DNA from: Setoptus koraiensis
Lineage: Eukaryota; Animalia; Arthropoda
NCBI GenBank assembly: GCA_048013815.1
Contig: CM106585.1
Coordinates: 10,974,001 to 11,038,000 of the forward strand
Length of the DNA stretch: 64,000 nt
Reading direction: 5' to 3'
Shown: positions 52,655 through 63,378 of the stretch, in pieces
Position numbering within the stretch: position 1 is the first letter of the stretch
How the letters are laid out: each line of letters begins with the position of its first letter
Notes under the pieces: model-generated
Database searches by the model: none
What the model saw: only the letters and a program-made list of their open reading frames with translations
What the model was told of the DNA's origin: nothing
Position numbers and translations under genes: made by a program

Positions 52655-53725
52655 TCAGTCATCCCACTCTGACCCCTCCGAATCTGAATCCGAATCCGAC
52701 TCTGGTTCCGGTTCCTGCGGTACGAATTTGCTCACGAGATCCGAACCAATTTCGCTGACATGCTCGGTCACATCGAAGGTCTTTGGCTCCAAGGCACCGT
52801 ACAGGCTTTTGGGTACTGCCTCCCACGGGCGGAATATTGTTATATCTACACCGAAGCAATATTGAATAGCCTTGAGCCAGTGGCGCACTCTTGGGCTGCT
52901 CGCCAATTTGTTGTCAGCAGCATCGCCGGTGTCGCTGGCCTTGTAACCGGAGTACGATAATTTCATAACCGGATAGACTGAGTCTTCAGCATAACTATGG
53001 ATCAATTGGCAAGATCGCTTGAGCTCCACAAACTGGTCAATCAATTCTTGATTGTCCAAAGGAAGGTAAATTGGTTTGTCTGGTGCATCTCCGCCGCGTT
53101 TGAATAATAAAAAGCCCGATGGTTCAATATTCTGCGGCAGATCAACGTCTAACGAAGTCACATGGGCGTCGACAATATGACGAACAGTTTTATCATTTTC
53201 CACAACTTCGAAGCTCTTTGTGAGATCCTCGCCGCCTGATTGTTCTGCTTGCTCTAATTTTGTTTCGACGCTTCGCTTGCAGGTTAGATTAATCTGGCCA
53301 TATAGCAATGATGTGAAATGAAGCAATCCATGAGTTGTTCTGTCCTCCTTGGCTCGAGATCCATAATTTTGAATGTGATCGTTGAATTCCAGCAACGCAC
53401 CAACGAAATTCTTTTCGCACACAGAATGTACTGTTTGCGCTCGTTTAACAATTTCGTACAGATCCCACACATCTTGCTGACCATCATAACTCTGCAAACA
53501 TTCATTGACGATTTCAGTTGTCTCTTTGCTCTCCAAGTTTGGTGTTTGTTCAAGCTCTTTTGCAAATTCTACGAATTTCGCCACTGAGTCGATGGATTTT
53601 ACTCTGCTCTCGCAAAGTTCCTGCGACGATGTCCATAGCTGTCCCGAGCCGGCGGAAATGCCAGCAGCGCAACAACCAGCGACGCCCACGATCAATAAGA
53701 AGAATGACACTTGTTGTACAGACAT
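52655..53725 (-). CDS. Secreted six-cysteine protein of unknown family, paralogue 2 (356 aa, acidic tail)
   Basis: Intronless ORF MSVQQVSFFLLIVGVAG...; same six Cys motifs; C-terminus EPEPESDSDSDSEGSEWDD. Confidence 0.9.
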   Translation of the reverse strand: MSVQQVSFFLLIVGVAGCCAAGISAGSGQLWTSSQELCESRVKSIDSVAKFVEFAKELEQTPNLESKETTEIVNECLQSYDGQQDVWDLYEIVKRAQTVHSVCEKNFVGALLEFNDHIQNYGSRAKEDRTTHGLLHFTSLLYGQINLTCKRSVETKLEQAEQSGGEDLTKSFEVVENDKTVRHIVDAHVTSLDVDLPQNIEPSGFLLFKRGGDAPDKPIYLPLDNQELIDQFVELKRSCQLIHSYAEDSVYPVMKLSYSGYKASDTGDAADNKLASSPRVRHWLKAIQYCFGVDITIFRPWEAVPKSLYGALEPKTFDVTEHVSEIGSDLVSKFVPQEPEPESDSDSDSEGSEWDD

Positions 53726-53829
53726 CTTACTTCAAGTTTGTATCAATTATTGGATTCGATAAAGTTTACTGTGGACTGGTTTTCATTTAAACACAATCTT
53801 TAACATAGAAATAATAGTAATATTTAGTC

Positions 53830-54215
53830 AAATGTCAGCCCTATTTATACGAAATCGAAATTTTGTTCCTTCGAGGAGCCATATTTGAGGAGCTCTATTT
53901 TTACATTGCCATATCATCATTTGACGATCACAAGCAGATCACTTCATGCGCATGAACAGCGAAAGTGGCAGCATTCGAGATATTTTTAGGAATTTTTATT
54001 TTGAAAAAACCTGGTCCATCTGAAACAATCGTCGGAAATTTCCCTTGTAAGGCAGTTTTTCCATCAGCGCTGCTGCATGAAAAGATGAGAAAATTGCCAC
54101 ATGAAACATTTCAGAGCTGCCTGTCAGAATTGAAATATTTTCGTCACCTGTCCGGGCCATTTGACATTCACCTAACCTTGAAATGTTTTCTGACGTTCGC
54201 AAACAATTTTTGATT
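53830..54215 (-). promoter_or_regulatory. Conserved upstream cassette of paralogue 2
   Basis: TATAAATAGGG (TATA at 53842-53849), TTTTTACATTGCCATATCATCA, and further blocks collinear with the paralogue 1 upstream region (AAATTGCC..AAACATTTC, TTGACATT.ACCT). Confidence 0.7.
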
Positions 54216-57200
54216 TATTTTAAGCCATGGTCGGTGTTCGGAGAACAAATTTGAAAAATTTGAAAGACGTACCTAGGTGGATCTGAGCCAAATGTGAGAT
54301 TTCTGAGTTTTGCAATCATCAGAAAAATTTAGATTATTAACCGATTTCGGCATCCCTTGTGATGGGCCCTCATCTTCACCACTTACCTGGGCCTATTCCA
54401 GCTAAAAGGAGCGCACACATTTTTCGTTAGTGGGCCATATTTAGGTTTTGTTTGGTGGACGAAATCCTGTGCCGATGTGATGTGTGCCAACGTTATCGTG
54501 CTGGGCCCCATTAGCGGACCGGAGCGTTTTCTGGGAAGCTCCATCCGCCCGATAACTACTAATAATAGATGATGGCTGCCCACACTCGACAGCTACGATT
54601 GATAATTAATGCGTCATAATCAATCACGATAATAATACAATTTGCAATAACTCCATTCAGCCACTCAACTGACATGTTACCTTGCGAACGTAAACTAATC
54701 GCAGTGAATTGCGGTGAATTATTGTTTGTATTATGTGTTATTTATTATAATTGACTGCCACTCGCAACTTGCCAGGCGCTGCTAGGCGAGCCAATTTCCT
54801 ATGAATATGCACGGGCGATTCCAGTTAGTTTTGCCCCCTTTCAAGCTGCTGTAAAAATACTGACCATCACCAGAATATTTTTGCATTGCAATCGTTAGAG
54901 GGCGATCGATGATGAAGCATCAATTTCATGAAAATCTGTCGCAGATAAGTGAGAATAAATACGGGCCAACTGTGGTTGAAAGTTGAACTAGTAGCTGGCA
55001 AATCGGATGCTGGTCGCGACCGAAATCATCGTTATGTAATCTTGGCAGCATCTCTGTGAGCGATGCTACAGGCAGCGGCCGAAAGCAAACTTTGTGGGCG
55101 CCAGTGAAGCCGATACACAGCCTCATTATCAGTGTTGACAAAGTCGACTCGCAGCGATATGAGCAAGTGAGACGGCAAACAAGCAGATAATCAAGTCTGA
55201 CCGCCAACAAAGATCGCAAAGCTTGACCTTGTCGAAACAACAACAAGTTCCGGTCGCCCACTAGTACGACCTGCCACTCGCTGCACGACTGGCTACGACT
55301 GACTAGAGCGGAAAATTTCGCTAGGCGGGCCCAAATCAATTCATTGTTGTTGTGCTGGTGCGATGCCGCCAGCAAATCTGGCGAATTACAAGTAGCGACA
55401 GTGGGCCAAAATTGAGGTCAATTTGAGCTTGCACGCACGCACGCAGTGTATCCGTTGATCTTTTTGATGTGCTTGTATCGTGCCGTTAGTGCCATGTCAA
55501 CGGCACAATTTGGGGCCCCTTATCTAAATAGCGGGCCTAATACGGCCATGATCTATGGGCCGTCTCGAGGGATCTCGGGCGCGTCTGGCGGGGCTGGCCA
55601 GCTTGTGTCGCAAGTGGGGCCCCAGCTAGCGGAGTTGTTGACCAGAGCGCAATAGGTGATTGTTTCGGTGTGCGCAGTGCGCACTAATTCTGTTGTGCAC
55701 GGCGACACAACAAGCCAGACACACACACACACACACACACACAGAGCACACTAACTGGCAAAGATCCAAACCGGAAGTGGCGCAATCGATCTTGTGTTGG
55801 TGCGTCTTAATGCACTGTGTGTGTGTTGGTAGCCGGTGGCGAAATTGCGCAGCCAAAACGACCAAAGTTACACAATAACAATAACACACTGGTCACTCGG
55901 CCAGGCGGCCAGCTCCATTGTCTATGGAGCGTGTGCATGGGAGCCCGCGAGTCAGATTGATAATTTAATTTGTGTCGTTGTCACTCTGCTCACACGGGCC
56001 TCGCCCTGTCGGTGAGACGGCATGGCCATTGCCGAGGCTGACCGCTCATTCGTGGCACGAGTTGTGCGCAACTCGTGACCATTGAACGGGACCAATTCAG
56101 AGCAAAACAACAACTCTCTGTGGATTAGCTGCTTGCTTGCTCGCTGTAAAGCGCCCCCGTCGTCTCAAAATTGTGCGACAAAAGTTCATTCAGCCATCTC
56201 GCCAAATGTCAATGGGCCCGCAATGAGCAAAACGCATGCGGCACATTATTGTCTTTATCGCGGCACATTGTCTTTATCTCGTTTGCGCACAAAACGTTTG
56301 GGGCCCCGGCTGCAAACGTTCGTCCAAATGAGACGATAGTGCAAAACGCGAACTGGATCAAACGTAATGAAGCGCGGGCGCGCTCGTCATAACGTTGCAT
56401 AATAATAATGCATTCATAATCTAATGCTTGCTTGGATGGTTATCAATTTTGGAGCCGCCTCGAGCGTGTCGGTGGTCGGACTGCGCGCCGGGCGCACTTA
56501 GTGTCAAACGGTTGCCAGCTCGCCCGCACAAAGTGCCCACACCAAGCCGAAATATCCGCTTTGTGCCGGCAAAATATTCAGCAATTTTGTCGCATATTTG
56601 TTGCTGTTTTTGCCGGCCACACATATTGCCGGATATCGGCCGGGCTGGCAGTGGGCGCGCAGTTTGCCAATTTTCATTAAATTGAAATAAGAGCGACAAA
56701 GAAATGCGACGACAGCTGGCTGTTGAGTGCAAAATAGACACATTGCCGGCTGGCTTTAATCGTATCCGTCGGTTTGCAACAATTGTAACAATGGCGCGAG
56801 TGGGGCGCATGTTGTGCAATTTAGTCGCAAATGCGCGACTTGTGAATTGCGAGCGACTCGGCTTCTCGAGTGGGCCCCATGCGCAACACACACACACAAA
56901 AACACAGTTTAATGGGCCCCGCTAACAGCGAATTGGCCCCGGGCCTCGACAATTCGCGACTCGGACGCGGGGCCCCAGGCTGAAACATATCTCTGTGGCA
57001 TGTCTGCGAGCGGGGAGTTTGTTTGTTTGTGTGCTCGCTTGTTTGTTTGTTTCTAGCCATCAGAGGAGCGGCAGGAGTTTGTTTGAAAGAACAACAACAC
57101 CAATATGAATGCATGTTGATTGCGCCCCTTCGGTTGCGCAACAACCGGCTCGACGGGGCGCGCACAAATCGATATCAGACGCACAGTTGGCGAGAGAGAG

Positions 57201-57849
57201 AGAGAGACAGGGACGTGTCAAGCCGTTATTTAGCTCATCTGGTTCAGCTCATCCGGCGATTTGTTGACAGTCAGCGATGCATGACTATCGTCGGACAGCC
57301 AGCCAGGCGACTGCAGTGCCAATAAGCAGTTCGGGCGCCGCTGCCACCGACGGCGCGGCTGACCGGCCCGCTGACAGCCGACCACAACTGTTGTCGGGCC
57401 GGCGTCCGTGTTTGCGTGCCGCAAAAAATGATGCTGCACGAGAAAAAAAAAGCGCTGGCCCAATTTGGAAATTTGCAACAACTTGGCGCCGCTTGATTAT
57501 TGGCACATTCGTTCGTGGGGCTGTCGGGCTGTTTGCGTTAGCGCCGGATGTGCCGGCCGATTGTCCAATTGGGTGCTGCTGCACCATTGGGCCATGATGC
57601 AAGCTGCACGTTCACAGTTGCCAGTTCCGTCGACAGGGCCCCCATCAGTTTGGCACGCCGCCGCCGCCGCCTGACAAGTTTGCTGCTGTTAGACGGGCAC
57701 GCGCGCGATATATCGCAAATTAAGCCATTTCATTGATGGCCAGTCAGACAGCCGACGAGTGAGTGGGCCCAGTTGACGTACCGAGTGCCAACAGTGGCAG
57801 TTGTTGGCTACCTTATTTGCATATTAATAATCACAGATGTCTGTGCACA

Positions 57850-58207
57850 GTAAAGTATAGTGTTGCTGGGGCCCCACTCGGCCCCACTGTTGAGGCACAG
57901 CTTGCAGCGTTGCACACGTGACGGCGCACCGATGCACCGGCAGCAGCAGCATCAGCAGCAGTTTTGCAGTTTTTTGTTCGCCTGCACTTGTCAAATGATC
58001 GGTTACGTCATGAGAAGCGGCGTCATGAAGTTGTTGTTGTTGTTGTTGCTGTCTTCATGTGTCGTGACTTGTGGCTTATGTTTGTGTGGTTGCCAGGGCA
58101 CGGCAGGGCAGGCTAGTGATCGGGCCAGCCTCCCTCCTCCCGGGCGGGAGCGCGGAGCAAAAAGGGGAGCGAAATTTCAGTCGCTCCCCCCCGATCACCA
58201 CGATTTG
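57850..58207. repeat. Left arm of about 355-bp inverted repeat flanking paralogue 3
   Basis: Reverse complement of 60087-60439, from GTAAAGTATAGTGTTGC to CCGATCAC(C/T)ACGATTTG; differs mainly in repeat-length variants and scattered substitutions. Confidence 0.93.
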
Positions 58208-58452
58208 CGCCGGGTCTAAATTGCGAGCCCAGCCAATCTTAGATGATGTAAGTTGCAATCACAGATCAGCAGTTAGAGTCCCCATCTACCTAATGAGATG
58301 CGAAAAGCTGGACCCCACAACTGGCCAGGAAATTGAGTATGAAAACAAAATCGAGAACAGGAATTAACACCTCCAGAAAATGCTCAATCCTTGTTTTTAT
58401 TCGTATCATACGATTGATATGAGCGAAAACCTCATATAATGCTGCCCATCGC

Positions 58453-59517
58453 TTAGGGCTTACCTCTCAGCATATTCATACCTTTCTTGAACCATCCTCT
58501 TATTCCGGATTGATGGCCATAATCGTAGTATGTTGGCTGGTATTTGCATTGAAGATCCGGCTCAATGTCATTGAATTGGTCAGCCACTTTGAAGTTCTTT
58601 GGCTTGTCATGCCCATGCTTAAACGCCTTTCTTTCAAAAATACTACTTGGAAGTAATGTCAAGATTAAAGCTCGGCAATATTGGACAGTTTTGAGCCAGC
58701 GCTGCACTACCTGGCTGCTCTTCAATTTGTCGTTCGTAACATTGTTGTTGTCTTGGGCTGTGAAACCATGGTTAACTAATATCTCAATTGGACGGATTGA
58801 GTTTAGCTCGTAGCTTTCAATTAATTCGCACGATTGCTTCAGATTCAAAAAGTTTTCTATCTGTTCTTCGGTATCCAATGGAATTTTGTTGGTGTCGCAG
58901 CCCCACATCAACGTTTTCTCTGAAACGAGCTTATCTGGTAGATCGATTTTTGCTGACAATCCTTTCAAATGATTAGTGCACTGATTGACTATTCCACGAA
59001 CACTTTGATCATTTTCCACAACATCAAAGCTCTGCTTGATAGCCTCGTCTGATTGTTCTGCTTTCTCTAGTTTTGTTTCTAGGCTTCTTTTGCATGTTAA
59101 AATAACCTGACCGAATATCTTTGTAAGGAATCCTTGCAACCCATGCTCCTTTTTCGTTTCATTGGGTCGAGTATGATAGTCAGAGATTTTATATTGAACC
59201 ATCAAAAGTTTCTCGGTGGATTTCCGCTCACACACAGAATGAAATGTTGGCAGTGTCTGAACTAGTTCTTTCACAAGTCTCACATCTTCAGCGCCCTTAT
59301 AACTGTTTAAACAGTCGTTGATTACTTTGCTTGTCGTTTCGCCATCTATTTCCGGTGTTTGCTCCATCTCGTTTGCGAATTCTAGGAACTTTGACACTGA
59401 GTCGATAGATTTTACTTTGTCCTTGCAAAGTGCCTCCGATGATGTCCATAGTTCAGCGGCGGAGCAACCAACGAGGCCGACTATCAATACGAAGAATGAC
59501 ACTTGTTGTATTGACAT
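58453..59517 (-). CDS. Secreted six-cysteine protein of unknown family, paralogue 3 (354 aa, basic tail)
   Basis: Start taken at MSIQQVSFFVLIVGLVG (ATG 59517) by homology; same six Cys motifs; ends GIRGWFKKGMNMLRGKP. Confidence 0.9.
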   Translation of the reverse strand: MSIQQVSFFVLIVGLVGCSAAELWTSSEALCKDKVKSIDSVSKFLEFANEMEQTPEIDGETTSKVINDCLNSYKGAEDVRLVKELVQTLPTFHSVCERKSTEKLLMVQYKISDYHTRPNETKKEHGLQGFLTKIFGQVILTCKRSLETKLEKAEQSDEAIKQSFDVVENDQSVRGIVNQCTNHLKGLSAKIDLPDKLVSEKTLMWGCDTNKIPLDTEEQIENFLNLKQSCELIESYELNSIRPIEILVNHGFTAQDNNNVTNDKLKSSQVVQRWLKTVQYCRALILTLLPSSIFERKAFKHGHDKPKNFKVADQFNDIEPDLQCKYQPTYYDYGHQSGIRGWFKKGMNMLRGKP

Positions 59518-59609
59518 CTTGATCTGAATTTGTATCAATTATTTGATCCGATAAATTTTACTGTTCATTAGTTTTCACTTGAACACAATTTTTCGAATAG
59601 TGATATCGA

Positions 59610-59870
59610 GTCAAACGCCAGCCCTATTCACGAGATGGAAATTTTGTTCCGTCAAAAAACTATATTTGCGAAGCTCTATTTTTAGATTGCCATATCATCA
59701 CTCGCTGTACGTGAGCAGCAAAAGTTGCGACATTTGAGATATTTTGAAAAATTTTCATTCTGAAAAATATTTATTTTTTATTCTGTCAGAACAATAATTG
59801 AAAATTATTTTTTTGCATAAGTTCGATATGAAAGTATGGGAATTTTCAGAGTTGTTTGTCAGAAGTGATC
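59610..59870 (-). promoter_or_regulatory. Conserved upstream cassette of paralogue 3 with variant TATA
   Basis: GTGAATAGGG in place of TATAAATAGGG (59625-59632); TTTTTAGATTGCCATATCATCA block conserved. Confidence 0.6.
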
Positions 59871-60086
59871 TGGACGGAAAGCAAGATTTCAGCTGTTCCC
59901 CCGCTCACTGGGGTCGCCCCAACATGACAAAAACGTCACAACGAGAGCAACTTTACGACAGATAGTAACCAAGGCCAGCTCGAGCCACAAAAGTCGCTTC
60001 TTCGTGTTCTTCTGTTGTGAGCTGGCTTGCCATCCGACACACACACACGAGCATCTGTGATTATTAATATGCTCGGGCCTTGCGCA

Positions 60087-60439
60087 CAAATCGTAGTGAT
60101 CGGGGGAGCGACTGAAATTTCGCTCCCCTTTTAGTCCCGCTCCCGCCCGGGAGGAGGGAGGCTGCCCTGATCACTAGCCTGCCCCGTCATGCCCTGGCAA
60201 CCACGCGAACATAAGCCGCAAGTCACGACACATGAAGACAGCAACAACAACAACAACAACAACAATTTCATGACGCCGCTTCTCATGACGTAACCGATCA
60301 TTTGACAAGTGCAGGCGAACAAAAAACTGCAAAACTGCTGCTGCTGCTGCCGGTGCATCGGTGCGCCGTCACGTGTGCAACGCTGCAAGCTGTGCCGCGA
60401 CAGTGGGGCCAAGTGGGGCCCCGCAACACTATACTTTAC
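60087..60439. repeat. Right arm of about 355-bp inverted repeat flanking paralogue 3
   Basis: Reverse complement of 57850-58207. Confidence 0.93.
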
Positions 60440-61834
60440 ATTGGCAGCATAATGAAAAGAAAATGCTAATGATGTCGCCTCTCATTCGCTCTTGCTGTTC
60501 ACGTCACAGGTCCGCGCGACATGCACGCACATAAAAAGCTAATTTGGGCGAGCTGACAACGTTTGCATCATCAAGTGATCTGTTCTTTTCCATGATGCGA
60601 GGTTGGGCCCCATTTTTCTCTCTCTCTCTCCCTCTCTCTTTCTCCCCCTCTAAATCATGTCTGCCTTATTATCAATTATGCACACGCAATTATTTCACAC
60701 AAATTCACTGCTCATGCGCCCCAGCGACACACTCGTTATTACATGATACTATGCACTCCAGCGAGCATGTATGCAAATTGACTGCCGAGTAACCGTCCAT
60801 TAATTGCAAAATCTGTTGATTCATTTGTAACTTTTCCAGTGAGTGGTGCCAGACACACGCTATCGCCGAGACAGCTTCTGCTCGAAATGCTGCACGTTTC
60901 GGGCGCAACGGGGTGCTGGCCAACTGTCTCTGCTCTAGAATGATCTAGCCGAAGAATTTCCCGGCTCGATTATGGCGGTCTCATATAGATAAATTTTCTG
61001 AAGCCATCTCCTGCAACTCAACTTGGGCTCTCCTAGTTGGGTGAATAAAAAGCTGATGGCTTGATTCTTGCTCCATATCCGGTTGAAAGTGCGCGCTGGT
61101 TCGGGGCCCCTGGTTTGCGAGCTACAGCAGTCACTTTCGAAGAGCAATTTGCTCCGAAAAATTGAGAACTAAAAAAATTACGAAAAAATTATGGCCCGCG
61201 ACGGATCATGCTGCCGAGAGCGACCACTGATTGACAGGTGAGTGCGCTTGTATTTATGGCCAGAATTTCGACATTTATACGCTAACATTGTTCGAGCATT
61301 CTTGTGCTTTTGAGCTAAGCCTTTGCTTGGACAAATTTCGGCGACACTGGCCAGCGTGAAGTGCACACATTAGTGGCGCACAATGAGTGGGGCCTTTTTT
61401 CCGGAAGTGACAATGGCCAGTGATGGTAGTGATTGAGTTAATGTCAACAAGCAAATCATTGGTCAATCAAAGTGTCACATGAGATTGCGTGGGATGGTCG
61501 GAATGTGTTATCGAGATGAGTGTAGGTGCGTGTGGGTGTGTGTGTGTGTGTGTGTGGGTGGGTGTCACCATGTTATGATATAACAAGTGGGCCCCAGAGG
61601 GTGGACTGGTCCAAACTGAACTGGCATAGCTGGCCATAACTAATATAAATGCAATGTAACAGCGTGAGTTCATTTTGGCCATACCAACTCGATACTTGAG
61701 CGATATTTCAGCGCTATCTAGAGATATCTGGCCCATCTATGGAGTGCCAGAATTGATTTGGCCAGGCTACAAGAGCATGACAGCTTTGGCAAGGTGAAGC
61801 AAATAAAAGGTGAGCTTTGGCGGGCTTTTATCGC

Positions 61835-61836
<2 letters not shown>

Positions 61837-61898
<62 letters not shown>

Positions 61899-61899
61899 G
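61837..61899. repeat. (TTG)n trinucleotide microsatellite
   Basis: About 21 perfect units. Confidence 0.95.
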
Positions 61900-63308
61900 C
61901 GAGTGACAAGTGTCAGAGAATTGCCATTGTTCATTGGGCCACAAAAATTGTGGGGCCCCACTGAGGGTCACATTGGGCGGCTGGTGAATGCACGCAGATC
62001 GCGTGATGTGTTGTGAACAACAATGATGAATAGCAGTAGAGAGAGAGAGAATTGAATTTATTCGCCGAGAAATGGGCGCCCGCCAAGTGCCTGCCAGAGT
62101 GCGTTAGTGGCCGTTGGACTTTAACGGTTTGAGTGCTAAAGTGTAGGTCTTTACTGGCTCAAACGGGGGCCCCTCGCAAACGGCCGCAGCGAGCCAGTGA
62201 GAATAGGCTTTCAAATGGGAGAAGAAAAATTAATGATCGATTGTTTCTGTCATCCGACAGCACACGAGCGCACTTTGAGCTCTCTTTGGCGGGATGGGGC
62301 CCATTCGAAAGGTCTACAATTGCAAGTCGTAAAGTTCAGATTAAATTCGCCAACTGCTATTCAAAGTCGAGCTGTGCCAACCATTCAGTTCAGCTCAGTG
62401 TCAGCAACTTGAATGGCAGCTAACTCGAGGTTATAGCCATCGCAATTTACTGCAATGCACCTAATTCAGCTGCTGCCCTGTCTATTAATACATGACACAC
62501 AACAGCTAACCAATGCTGCGGTTCCAAAAAAGAACTCCGAATCGGGCCCATTTCGAGCAACTTTCCCTTTCATCCATTTTCTTTCAAAACAATTTGTGTC
62601 ATGTTTTCTATCTCGTCCAAGATGCCCAAGCGAAAATCCAGCGTTAAGCCCAAGTGCCCCAAATTCAACCAACTTACGAACTGGGCAGCGTTAGTTGGAC
62701 GGACTGTCAATGGGCCACTTTTGGTTCACTTTTGCTGTGAGACTTTTACAGTTGGCTCGTTATTTGGGGCCGCTCACTTCCGGCAAGTTGAATTGTTGCC
62801 CGTTTTTTGCCTCATATGTTAATGTCGGCGCTAAGCAGCTGCAAAGGTGACAGGCAAGTACTCCGTCGCCCCTGATCACTGTTACGTAATTGATATTAAT
62901 TACGTCAATTAATCGATCGAATCATTTGCGCGGCGTATATTACGCAGCGCAAATTACTCGGAAGCTGGCACCCATCGAGTGAGCTTGACTAAATGTATTT
63001 GCATATTTGCAAATGCTCATTACTTTGTGCTCTAAGTCAGCCCACACTTATACTAACACTGGCTGGTATCATTGTAAAATCAGTTACGGCAACGAGTAAA
63101 TTAATTTTGCATCCACTCGCTCGCTCGAAATAGTCGAGGGCTGGTGCAGCATTCGTTTCAAAATCAGCGATTTGCATTTTCGAAGCTCGTTATACTGTGC
63201 CATATAAAACATTAGTGACATAGCTTGGTTGTTCCGAAAGTTTCGGATTGAAATTCGTGACTGCACGCACTCACGGAATCTCCAGATTGATAGTCTGGTG
63301 TGGATTTT

Positions 63309-63378
63309 CGAATATCCGAATTTCCGAATATCCGAATTTCCGAATTTCGGAATATCCGAATATCCGAATTTCCGAATT
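63309..63378. repeat. 8-bp tandem repeat CCGAAT(A/T)T
   Basis: About 8 units read directly. Confidence 0.9.

Noticed and set aside
60935-61147. Minus ORF with CCSS...RIWSKNQAIS, and KFFG*IIL in another frame, as a further family pseudogene
   Set aside because: Only two short matches with inconsistent spacing; no recognisable signal peptide, conserved promoter block or other Cys motifs.
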